Assembly (NCBI RefSeq): GCF_009914755.1
Contig: NC_060929.1
Length of the DNA: 64,000 nt
Direction: 5' to 3' (one strand)
From: the human T2T-CHM13v2.0 reference genome, Homo sapiens
The position numbers and the translations under genes were made by a program. Under the pieces are notes generated by a model that saw only the letters and a program-made list of their open reading frames with translations, had not been told where the DNA came from and made no database searches. Below, one piece after another: positions 52,281 through 64,000 of the stretch (position 1 is the stretch's first letter; every line of letters begins with the position of its first letter).

Positions 52281-52654
52281 TGTATTAGTCCATTCTCATG
52301 CAGCTATGAAGAAATGCCTGAGACAGGGTAATTTATAAAGGAAAGAGGTTTAATTGACTCACAGTTCTGCTTGTCTCGGGAGGCCTCAGGAAACTTACAA
52401 TCATGGCAGGGAAGCAAACATGTCCTTCTTCACATGGCGCCAGGAGAGAGAAGAATGACAGCTGAGCGAAGGGAGAAGCCCCTTATAAAACCATCAGATC
52501 TCATGAGAACTTACTCAGTATCATGAGAATAGCATGGGGGAAACCGCTCCCATGATTCAATTACCTCCCACCAGGTCTCTCCCATCACATGTGAGGATTA
52601 TGGGAACTACAATTCAAGATGAGATTTGGGTGGGGGCACAGCCAAACTATATCA
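52281..52654 (-). mobile_element. THE1C/D solo LTR
   Basis: TGTATTAGTCCATTCTCATGC...GGAAACTTACAATCATGGC...CAGCCAAACTATATCA. Confidence 0.9.
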
Positions 52655-52856
52655 TACTCTGTTTCTCTCATCTCTCTGAGACTCCAATGGTATGACTATT
52701 GCACCTTTTGTTACTGTGCCACAGGTCCCTGAGGGTCTCTTTATTTGTTTTCATTCTATTTTTCTGTTTCTCAGGTTGGGTAAATTCTATTAATTTTTCC
52801 TCAAGTATGCTGGTCATCTCCTTTGTCATCTCCACTTTACTGTTGAGCCCATCCAG

Positions 52857-53044
52857 TCAGTGTTCCACCTTTGGGATTTTTCAGTTCTACGATTTTGATT
52901 TGGATAGTTTTTGTAACTTCTATTTCTTTGTGGTGATTTTTAAAAATTTCTTTCCAATCAGTGTTCCATCGTTGTGATTTTTCAGTTCTATGATTTTGAT
53001 TTGGATAGTTTTTGTAACTTCTAAATTTTTAAAATTTCTTTCAA
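52857..53044. repeat. About 101-bp local tandem duplication
   Basis: TCAGTGTTCCA...GATTTTTCAGTTCTA(C/T)GATTTTGATTTGGATAGTTTTTGTAACTTCTA starts at 52857 and 52958. Confidence 0.88.
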
Positions 53045-56000
53045 GGCAACTTGTAATTTATTGGTGAAGAATTTTAATGACTGCTGCTTTAAACTCTTTG
53101 TTAGATAATTTTAACTTTGGAAACATGGTTGTATCAGAGAGCTGTCATCAATTGATTGTCTTCTAAAATTCAGAATGTGATTTTTTGTTTATTGGTATCG
53201 TGGGTTGTTGTACCCTAGGCATGTTGTCTCTCATGTTAGGAGACACTGGGTCCTACTTGCTTTTTTAATTTCAGCATGCAGTCCCCCTGCTGTATTTTGG
53301 CATGCAGGTCCCGGCCTCCTTTGAGAGCTGTGGTTCCAGTGGTTTATTCTGAGGGCTTTGTGGGGTTGTTTTCATCTTGGTTTAGCTGCTGCTCGTGAGG
53401 CTCACACTGGTCTCTTCTGGGACCGCCTCTGGGGTGGAAGGGGCTTCCCCAGGCCAGGGCACCGGGTGTCTCCTAGCAGCGACAAGGAGTCTCCAGCCAG
53501 GAGGAGGAAGGGGCCTGACTTGGCAGGTGTCACAGGGGCTCCCCAGGTGCCCCCAGCTGTCCCAGTGTCTCTGGCATGGGGGTCCCAGGGCTCACAGGGA
53601 AAGAGATGCTTCCCTAGGCACTGATTGTTACTGAAGGTCTCAATTGATCCTCTTTCCTAGCAATGCCAAGTCCTTCGCGTGGTGTCAGAAGAACTCCGGG
53701 TTGATCCCAAGAGCAATGAGCCTCCCTGGGCTGCCTTCTGCCATTGTGTTTGAGAAGTGCTGGGTCTGAGTGGTCTTCTTAGTTGGTTAGGGACTTAAGG
53801 TGCCCTGCCATGTGTTATCTTTTCAGTCCTGGGTTCCCAAGGCAGCTCCCCTTCTTTGCACTGCCAGCCAGAGTTCCCCCTTGGGTGTTTCCTGCCTCCT
53901 GCCCGGGGTTCACAGTCACGCTCTGCAGGAGGAATGGGCAGAAGCAGCTCAAAACCATGGTGTTCAGCCCAGACAGCTGCAATTTGGCATTTGACTCCGT
54001 GATGCCAGGGTGTACTCATGACGTGTGCTTCTCCAGTTCTTCTCTAGGGCAGCCTGGACGCGATGCTAATCCGGTACCAAGAGCACCCTCACACCAGCAC
54101 GCTAGTCTCCAAATGTCATCAGTTACAGGAATCCAGGGCTGCTTGGCCTATTGGCAGATTCCAGGTGTAGGGCGGGAAGTAGAAAGGACAGCTCTGGAGC
54201 ATCTGTCACCTCAGACAGCAAGGAGGTGCTCGGTGACAACCAGAACCAGGTCACAGGACACAGGAGCCCACAGGAGAGGCCCCCACTGGCCCAGCAGGGG
54301 CCAATCTGAACATCCATAAGGGTGGCGAGGCCATGGGTGGAAAAGCGTCACTCTCATTAATGCCTATGAGTTCCTAATTGTGCTAAAACAATCACAACCA
54401 TCAGCATCAACCTTCAGAGGTTGCTAGGGAACCAGCTCATTATTCAAAAATCTGCTGCATAAAAGGTAAGAAAACTGAGCATTTATCTTGCCTTCCCTAA
54501 GGGACAAAGCCCTTCAGAGCATCCATGTAATCGATGCATGTATAATATTGGGCAAAGGGAAGAGGCTATTGCCAGATCCGGGAGGCTGTGGGTTCTAGCA
54601 GCAGACTTCCAAGACACCCCAAGGAATGGGGCAGAAAATGGCTCTGGACATGCCCATGCCCCTTCATGCCATGTTTCTTGAGGAGCTCTGATATGAAGTG
54701 GAAGAGGGTGGGGATTCCCAGGACCGTGCCTGAAGAGCCCTGCATTTTAAGGGGGTGGAGCAGAGGGAGCAGCCCAGGGGAGCAGCAGGAGGACACGCCA
54801 GGTAGGATGGGTGGTGAAGGCAGGGACAGGCAGGGCTTGCAGGAGGAAGGCAGGCTGGCTGGCTGGGAGACCCAGGAAGCCCACAGGATGAGATGAAGCT
54901 GTAGCAGCAGCTGGAGTATTGGGGGCTGTCCTGATGGAAGGTGGGTGGGATACAGGTTGCAGTGGCCTGGGGGTAAGGGGAAGGGAAGAGCATCTGTGAT
55001 GTGGGGAAGCAGCTGGGATGGTGGAATGTGGCTCCAGGGAGAGTAGCTTTAAATCTTGATTCAATGCGAGAGACCACAGTGCACTTTGTAAGGTGGACCC
55101 TGTGAGGGAGTGTTGGGAGGAGGGCCCAGGAGGGGCAGGCCAAGGGGAGGGCAGTCAGCTGCTGCTCCTCAGCAGGAAGGAGGGGAGTCAACTCCCACGG
55201 GTGTAGACTTGGGTGTTGGGGGTGGATCTGTGCTCTGGTGGATTCTACTTCGTCTGTGCTGTAGAGACAATTTTCCAACATTGGTCTCGTTCCTGAGAGT
55301 TATAAGAGAGTTGGAAAAGTCAGAGGCTGACAATGGAGGGGACATTTCTGAGTAACTTTTGCTAAAGGTGAGAGAGCGAGATGCCCAGACAGACAGTAAG
55401 CTTGCAGGGTGATGGATACAGGTGGGGAGACTGGGCGGGGGACCTTTCTATCTTCAGAGCTTTGCTGCTTAAGGCACAGGCTCAGAAGAGGAAGAAGACG
55501 GCCTGCCCTGCTGGCACTTTCCCAGGATGGGGGGAAAGGCATGGAGGCGTGTGTGAAGGTGCTCGCAGGGATGGACCATGGACTCCAAGCCCAGTGTGAG
55601 GCTGTGGGATGGGACATGGCTGGAGACTGTGTCCCATGAACGGGGAGCCTGCTGCAGCTCAGTGTGGAGCAAATGCACTGAGGAGCTGAGGGTGGGGAAC
55701 CTTTCCACGGGTGACAGATTCGCCCCAATAGCGGGAGGTAAATAGGGCGGTGGGCGCCAGGAGGCTGAAGGATGTGCTGACCGTGCTATTCTCTCTGTCA
55801 CCTCTGTTGGTGCTTATTAACTGAAAAACACATTTGTGTGGGCAGGGAAAATGTTAATGGATCTGGGCATGTTTCCTTTAATACAGATTTCACAAGAAAC
55901 CAAAAGCAAATTAAATTACATTGTTATGGTATTTTCCTCACTATTTAAATTTGTGAAATGCCCACAGGTGCTGAGGACGTATCTGAAGGGGAAACTTTAT

Positions 56001-56414
56001 TAATCTCTGGACAGGAAAGGAGGCGGGATGCCTATGGGACCGTCCTGAATTGCTGTCCTACGATGGTCGGGCCCTGCCGGAGAGAGGGTTCCTCCGACTT
56101 TGCCAGGGCTACTGAGAAGGGGACACAGTCCTGGGCCCAAGAGTGAGGCCAAGCTTTGGTTTTCCACCTATCCAAAAAGGAAGAGCAGAAGGCGCTAGGT
56201 GGGTTCTGGAAGTTAGTCTGATTCGCCAGCTGGACTGGGGGCTCCTCTGTTTTGTAGAAGAGACTCTGGCGGTGGGAGAGAGACAGCCACCATAGGTGCA
56301 GAGGACCCCAAAGCACTGGTCTAGGGCTACAGCATGCTTTGGTGTGGGGAAAACACATCCTGAATTTCCAAGAAAAATATTAAAGGTAAGCTAAATTGTG
56401 CATTAACAAATAAT

Positions 56415-56975
56415 CAGTTTTTTTAGGAGTTTTAGATTTATAGAAAAACTAAGCAAAGTGTAGAGTACAGAGAGCATCCATATGCCCCACCCCTTGTTCT
56501 CCTATTATTAACATCTTGCAATAGTGCAGTACAGCTGTTACAACTAATGATCCAATATTGATACGTTATTACTATTAACTAAAAGTCCATGGTTTACATG
56601 AGGGTTCACTCTAGGTATTGTACAGTCTGTGGGTTTGGACCAGCCTACGATGACATGGACTCACCATTATGGTCTCATCCAGAGGAGTTTCCCTGCTCTG
56701 TGCTCCACCTGTTTCTCCCTCCTCTGAGTCCCTGGAAAACACTGATTTTTCCACTGTCTCTGTCGTTTTGCCTTCTCCAGGGTGTCATAGGGTTGGAATC
56801 CTACAGGAGGCTGCCTTTTCCGACTGGCTTTTTTCACTTTGCCGTATGCATGTAGCGTTCCTCCGTGTCTTTTCGTGACTTCATAGACCATTTCTCTTTA
56901 GTGCTGAGTAATATTTCACTGCGTGGGGGTAACCACAATTTGTCTGTCTACTTAACAGACAGGCATCCTGCCTAA
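56415..56975 (-). mobile_element. L1MC-type 3' end
   Basis: TTTTAGATTTATAGAAAAACT...CTATTATTAACATCTTGCA...ATTAACTAAAAGTCCATGGTTTACATGAGGGTTCACTCT. Confidence 0.8.
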
Positions 56976-57536
56976 CTAGTTTTTTTTTTCTTTTTTAGGG
57001 AAAAAGCATTAAGATTAAAATGTAGACTTTTTAAGGGAAAGATACTTTGTGGTCTTTGGACTTTGATTACGAGCTTAGGTTTTCTAAGGTGCCAGGCGAC
57101 CTTTCAGAGAGATCAGAAGCAAAACGTAGCAAACCACCATGGGCCAGGCCACTTTGGGGTCCACCAGTGGCAAGACCCTCCCAACCAGCAAGTCAAATAA
57201 ATACGAGCCATCTTCCACTTCTGACAGAGGCCTAGTTAGCCTGTGTAACAGCAACAGTAAAAGTAAATTTAGCATTCCTTTAATTTTGAACATTTGACCA
57301 TGTGAACAGCTTCACGACGAAGGTGAAGGAGGTTTGCCTAAAGCCTCTCCTGTGCTGCTTGGGCTGTGTCCCTTCAGTAAGATGGTTTCTGACCCTCTAT
57401 CTGATGGGGAGGATGGAACCATCTTCCTCTCTCTAATGGGAAGCACTGAACCTATGGCTGAGTGACTGGGGAGGGAATTAGGAATTCAAGACCCAGAAAT
57501 AAGGAAAATCCACAAAAATGTATGCTATACAACTCT

Positions 57537-57887
<351 letters not shown>

Positions 57888-58379
57888 TTACCTTCACTCA
57901 CAACAAAGTTTGGTCATTAGACTGAAATGTATAGGGTTAAAAAACCGTTTCTCCTGTTAGCACAAATAGTGATGACACTACTTCTTTTTTCTTGCTATGT
58001 TTAATTTTATAGATAGAACAGACATATCACCACAGCTGTTTTTAGAAGCAGAATTTTGGGGAGAAACATGGTTATTAAAAAAGCCAAATAATTGGATATA
58101 AACATTTAATTATTTCCCTCATTTTCATCATCCCTGTAGATGTCATGTCACTTTTATGCCCAAATAAAGCAAATGCAAATGTATTCTATAAATAAAGCTA
58201 GGGTTGTTCTCCAGATGAGAACATGGGAATGGCATTTTGGAAGGGAGGTGAAAACGTCTCCCAAACGCACCCGTTCCCATTACCCATCATTTAGGTGTTG
58301 TCCATCAGAGCTGTTTGCATCTGGCGCTGACACCGTGCAAAATTCATTCATGGAAACTTTCAGTCACACTTGAGAAGTT

Positions 58380-59260
58380 TGGCAGATGGTGTCTCTTCTC
58401 ATTTAATTTTTTTTTCCAATTTTTTTTTTCACATAACTCTCTCTCTGGGCTCTCGACCCCCCAGCTCGATCCCTTTTTTGAGGAGAGATCTAATCAGTGG
58501 CGTGTTAAACAGGAGGGGATCTTTTATGTCTGTGGCGTTGGGACAAGCGGAGCGCGGCTGTGGATCACCAGAATAAACAACGTGGGCCGATTCAATTACA
58601 ATGCGGCCCGGCTTTTATCTGGTGGTGACATCATTTCAATCAAAATGTAAAATAATACAATCCAACAGTTGCAAGAGGCAGAGATAGGACACAGGCGGCT
58701 GCACTTTGTCGTTTAATAAAAGAGAGGGGAAGGGGACCCCTCCTCCTGACAGCGGTGAAGCCTTCCAGTCCCAAATCTCCATTACCTGCTCTCAACGTGC
58801 TCACAGGAACCAAATGCAGGAGATTGTCTATTACTTTTGGTCAGTGGAAGCCATAATGTAGGCTACAGACTCCTGTCCTGTTTTTTTCTTTGTTCGTTTA
58901 ATTAACAGAAGCATGAAATCTTCCTATTGGCAGCTTCTATTGCTTTTCCCCCTCCGAGCAGGGACTTTGTTCATTTCCTTTGTCTCCTTTGAAATTTTTT
59001 TTTTAAAAACAGTGATGTTTTTCAAGAACCGCAAATCATCATGAGAAGAAAAACATAATTCAAGGGCAAATATATCGTCTCGAAAGTGCTTAGGCTGCCG
59101 AAGCAATTGGTGGCGCGTTTCCTTCTCCGCAGCACTTTGTGTGAAAGTTTCCTTTCAATGCCAAGACTTTCAGAGTCCTCGGGGAGAGGTGAGAGTGACG
59201 ATAAGCACAATAAATCAGTGCCGTCCACCCTGCTCCATAGCAAAGAGGGAGAAAAGGAGG
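58380..59260. promoter_or_regulatory. Second candidate conserved non-coding element
   Basis: Repeat-free with retained CpGs in an AT-rich context, and motifs CTAATCAG, TCAATTACAATG, TGACATCA, GTTTAATAAAA and CAATAAATCA. Confidence 0.45.
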
Positions 59261-60943
59261 GTGCAGCGAGGGAGAGGGGGAGCAGAGCCGTGACTCTGCA
59301 GCCGGCCTCTGTGGGTGAGCAGCCGGCCTCCAGCTGCCCTTTCCGGTTCCTCAGTGTGTGCTTTGTTTTTCCTTGAACTGTACTTCGTTTACAGCAATCA
59401 ATCATTTTAAAAAGAAAGGATCCATTACCCATCAATATTTTTGATCGTTCCATACAACCTAGATGATCCATAGAACAGAACCGGCTTGGGTGAGCCTCAC
59501 AGTGCGGCAGCAACACCTTGACCCCATCACTTGGAACCCCGGGGCTCCTGCAGAGGCTGCGACAGCCCAGCCTGGGGCGACTGGATCTGGCCTTCCCTAG
59601 CGGAAGAGAGAGGGATACAGCTTTACATGCCCCCTGGTATCCTAAAGAATACAGCATCATTGGAAAGGCAGTGTTTTCATATAAAAAGTGAAATAGCAGC
59701 ATGTTCCATTGTGGCCTAGGAATAAAACAATAGGATGTTTGTGCAACCAACAGAAAATCAGGCGACTTGGGGAACAGGAGGTTAACTGGGAATTTACTCT
59801 CACTGTATTTCAGCAGAGGCTGTGAACAGGGAACAAGAGTCCTCATCCTAAAGAGTGGCTCGGCCTTGCCACTCAGAACCTACTCCCAGAAGGCACGGAC
59901 CCTGTCTGCCGTCACTCCCAGTGCACCCTCTGACACACACAGAAGGCCAGGCACTTCCAGCCACTCCCCCACACAGAAGGCCAGGAACTTGGAAGGAGTT
60001 GATGAGAGGGGTTTCCTGGCTTTCTGTCTTCCAGCTCTGCCTGAGGGGAGGGTATGCTCTCCAACCGCAGGTCCAGGAGGGGCCTCCCAGGAAGCAGGTA
60101 TGGAGATCAGGACTCCCATAAAAGGGGAGATGGGAAGCCCCGCCCCTTACCAACCAAAATGGACGGTGGGAAGGAGGTGGACTGTGTGCGATATTGAGGG
60201 TTTGGCTGAAGCTGGAGACAGGGGCCTTAGGCAAACTGTCCAGAACCCCCAGCACCACCACAGTGAAACAGCGGAACAGTGAAATTTGGAATTCTCTTAT
60301 TCATTTGCAGAATACTTGTCAGATGTTCCCTCTCTTCTCTGCTTCAAAAAATGTTCTTGAAGGCTCAGACTCTGAGTAGAAATAACAGATCATGCTAGGG
60401 TTCCAAATACTTGGAGACATTTTTCAATACATGAAAACTCTTCCTCCCTCCCTCCCTCCTTAGCTCGCTCTCTCCGATCGCAGTCTCTCCTGGTGTAGTG
60501 ATGATGCCGGAATGCACACCCAAGAAAAGCAAATCCACAGCAGACCAAAGCAACTCGGGGGTGCCCTAAATCCCTCAGTTGGGCCATCCCTATTTCTCAG
60601 GAGCTGGAGAGATAACTCTGTGACCTGTGGGAGTACACGGCTTCTCCCCAAACATCCAGGACTCCCAGGCCAGTGTGGGCTTCCTGGGGTCCCTTGGTGC
60701 AGGTCCTGTCTCTGCTCCTCCTTTCTGTTTCCCAATCTACGTGAATCCACCAGAGAAATTCAGCCTGTTTCTCAAACCGCACATGGCCATAACGGCCACA
60801 CACAGCACCTGCGGTGAGGCAGCCTGGCACGGGGTCACAGGACGTGCAGGGGCCCCAGGAGCGGTCACGGTCACATGGAGTACAGGAGTGACATGAAGCA
60901 TAATGGCCTCATAGTTTATGGTGATCACAGACGTCCCATGATC

Positions 60944-61020
60944 ACATGACACAGGAGCCACGTGAAGTGTGGTGGACACATGACACACAGGAGCCACGTG
61001 AAGAGTGGTGGACACATGAA
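60944..61020. repeat. About 37-bp tandem duplication
   Basis: CACAGGAGCCACGTGAAG(T/A)GTGGTGGACACATGA occurs twice. Confidence 0.85.
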
Positions 61021-62948
61021 GTGTAGCCTCTCATGTTACACAGTGGTCAGCACTTGGTGTCTCCCACGCGCCACACCATTCTGTGACCACACCTCCCTGG
61101 CCCTTGTTCCCAAGGAGCTTCCCTTGTTCCAGCCTCTTCGCCAGTGACTTCTCACTGGACCATTCCTTTACAAGGAGCCTGTTTTTTGTGTTTTTTTTTT
61201 TACACCTTTTTTCTTCTATTTCACAGAAGGAACACCGGACGTCCCTCTGTGATGGCAGCAGCCATGCTGCCTCTGTTTCCGCTCAGGGGTTCTCTGCCAC
61301 CTCCAATTCCACCCAGTCTCTTGGCCTCGGCTGGGCTTCGGCTCCCGCCTCTGTGCCAAAAATTGCAATGCCCGCGGTCAGGGCGCTTTGCGGAGTCTCA
61401 CCGCCTGCGGAGGCTTGATTCCCTCCTCACAGGCAGCAGCGTTTGATGGCCGGTGACGCCCCCCTTTCCAAGCACATCTCTCATGGCCCCTGAATGCCAC
61501 TTACAGGGCGTCCCTCCCTGTGCTAAGTGCTGCCTGGAGCTTTGGGTGTGGCAGCAGCAAAGACCTCTACCCTTGTGGATGTTCGTTTCGGGGTGGAAAG
61601 ACAGATAGCAAAGTTGGTCGTAAACTGTAGAGTGTGCTGGGAGGAAACTGAGGCAGGGAGGGCCTGGTGCCACTGGGGAGCGCTGCCCCGACCCCATGTG
61701 CTTCCCAGGCTCCCTTGGAGCCACGTGGATGGCGACTTCCTGACCTTGGAGGCCGCGGTCCTCAGTCCTCATGCTCGATGGCGTCAGCCCCTCTTGGGGA
61801 AATCCAAGCATTCCTGACCTGAAGATGCACCCACATCTCTGTCTCCAGCAGAGGACACCCCATCCCGGCTGCAGGCTCCTCCGTCCATTGCCTTGGAGGC
61901 TCCAGTCCCCTCCGAAGCATCGCGCACGAGGCCTGTCGGGAAACGACATCTCGTCTTCCCCCGACGCCTGCACCTGGGCCACCCCTTCTTTCTGTTCTCC
62001 ACGTCGCACGTCCAGTCTGACAGCAGCCTGCGGGGCCTGTCCAAGGACTGCTCCAGAGCGGGACGCATCCTCTCCCGGCTCTCAGCAGTTCATGCCCGGC
62101 CGTCCCTCACCTGAAGTGCTGCAAGGGGTCAGCTGGCTCCCACCTCAGTCCGTTCCTGACCCAGCAGCCAGGGTGGTCCTCTTGCGAGGGAAGTCAGATC
62201 CACTCTTCCCGCTCGGGACCCCGGAGTGGCCCCACGGCCCTGAGAGTCAGCCAGTGCCTTGAACGGCCCTCATGACACTGCAGGCCGCAGCCCCCGCCTC
62301 TGAGCCTTGGCTGTGCTCACCATTCCCAGCCACCTGGCTTCTTGTGTTGTGCACTGAGCTGGGCACGCTCCCGCAGAGGCCCTCTCCACCCCTGGCAAAG
62401 GAAGGGCTGTGAGTTCCTCTTCTCCCAGCAGAAGGCTCTTCTCGCAACCTCCCTGGTCTGGCTCTGTCATCTCCCGGAGTCTTTGCGCAAATGCCACCTT
62501 CTGAGGGATTCAAAATGCCCCCACCTTCCAGTGTCTGCTTCCCTACTTGACTCTTCCTTGGCTCCAGTCCCCACAAGACATTTTATACCAATTCATTCCT
62601 TTCAGGCTTCTTTCTCTCCTCATCTGGTTGTGTGAACCCAGGGATTTTGGCCTAAGCTTTTCTCTCTGGTGTCTCTATTGCCCCGGAACCCATGAACTGT
62701 GCCCTGCAAACAGCAGCCGCTCTTGACAAATGCACGGCGTGAGTGAATGTGAGTCGTCCTTGTCTACTTTCTCTTCTCTCCCTTCCAGGAGCAAAATTTC
62801 AGAATAATCCATTGTTCAAATGTGCAGTTCCTTGGCTAAGCATTCAGCAGGGTTTGGGTTAATCTTTCTAATGATGTCTTGCAGTTTCACTTTCTAAACA
62901 TAGGGGCTTAGCAGTGTGGTTCCCCCAGCCCCTAAAAAGTTTTTCTCT

Positions 62949-63315
62949 CGTATTAGTTTGCTTAGGCTGCCATAACAGACCACCACCCACTGGGAAGCTT
63001 AAACAACAGATGTTTATTTTCCCACAGCTCTGGAGGCTGGAAATCAGAGATTGAGGTGTGGCAGGGTGGGTTTCTCCGGAACCCTCTCTCCTTGGCTTGT
63101 AGACACCGACTTCTCCTGGTGTCCTCACAGGGTCGTCCCTCTTGGGTGTCTGTGTCCTCTTCTCCTCTTCTTATAAGGACACCAGTCCTAGTGGATTAGG
63201 GCCCCATATGACCTCACTTTACCTGAATTAACCCTGTAAAGACCCTGTCTCTCATCAGTCCCAGTGGGACCGGGGTCTCAGCATGTGGAGTCTGGGGTCA
63301 CCGCTCAGTCTAGTG
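62949..63315 (-). mobile_element. MLT1B-like MaLR LTR
   Basis: GTATTAGTTTGCTTAGGCTGCCATAACA...CTCTTCTTATAAGGACACCAGTC...GGATTAGGGCCC. Confidence 0.85.
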
Positions 63316-64000
63316 CCCTGGAGAGCATTCTCTCTAGGCTGATAGGAGAGTGCATGTTCCCATCCAGAGGCACACGATTAGGTGCACTGTCTCAGGAGAT
63401 GCCATTGTCCCTAGGAAGGAAGCCACCAAAGCGGTTTGTTGGTCTGCAGGATGAAGCTCTGCTGAAGGGAGCTGAGGCATGTGGACAGAGGAAGGTGCTT
63501 CATTTGGCCTTGTTTGGGGACCCAGCTGGCTGGGCAGCCAGGCTGTCACTCCATCTGAGTAGGTGTCTGGAGGCCTTGCTGGCCGCTGGGACTTTTGGCT
63601 GCTGGGTTCCATGAGTCCAGCCTGTTTTATTCTTTGAGTTAGGAGCAAGGAAGTACATAGAGAAAGTGCAGCCCACACACTGCCATGCGGTGACCCGGCA
63701 CATCCCAGGGACCCTGCAGGTGACCGTTTCCAGCTTCAAGGTCTCAACGCTGCAGTGTGGCTGGGAGAGATGTTCCCCTTCAGAAGCTTCAGAAACACAT
63801 GAGTACGGTCAACTCTCACACAAATGATGTCTCCGTCAGGTTCAGGGAGCTAAACTGGCCCTGCAGTTGGGGAGTGCCCTAAGACTATGAGACTGGGAGT
63901 AAAGTATTTCCCCAACCACACCCACAGCTTTGAAGGGAGCAGGGAAGCCCCAGCCTCCATCTGCTGTAGGACATGGTTCCTTGGTGCTCACTGGGGTGAC

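Larger units (their letters stand above)
51840..53330 (-). mobile_element. Ancient L1M ORF1-region remnant
   Basis: Contains TTCATTTCCTCCTCATTCCTGAAGGACAGTTTCACTGG and CATTATTTCTTCAAATACTTTTTC, both antisense ORF1 motifs. Confidence 0.7.

Noticed and set aside
59022-59846. 274-aa minus-strand ORF
   Set aside because: No recognisable domain or coding-like composition; compatible with a chance ORF. A PhyloCSF or Ribo-seq signal would be needed.

Overview
This is primate, almost certainly human, non-coding DNA: it carries Alu J/S/Y, L1PA/L1M, THE1/MST/MLT MaLR LTRs, MIR, L2 and HSMAR2. I find no credible protein-coding gene, rRNA, tRNA or CRISPR array. The ORFs with recognisable similarity all come from transposon remnants or tandem repeats; the other long ORFs are unsupported. 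The main repeat structures are a complete LTR-int-LTR MST element inside a MIR (278-2695) and a ~14 kb nested transposon stack (about 8400-22700). That stack holds a 63-bp VNTR grown out of an L1MD 3' UTR with a 6-unit (378 bp) higher-order period, a diverged ~170-bp inverted templated insertion, a full-length HSMAR2 split by an ERV1 solo LTR, and a probable ancient L1 3' transduction of ~1 kb. Several more minisatellites follow (67, 16, 29 and 92 bp units and a GATA-derived one). A repeat-free, CpG-rich and TAAT-rich block at about 41.2-42.8 kb looks like a deeply conserved developmental enhancer; from memory (unverified) it resembles the duplicated ultraconserved elements of the Iroquois (IRX) clusters. 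Repeat subfamily names come from recalled consensus sequences, and boundaries are approximate unless a target-site duplication (TSD) is quoted. I see no evidence for a wholly new biological system; the best leads are structural-evolution events and candidate enhancers.
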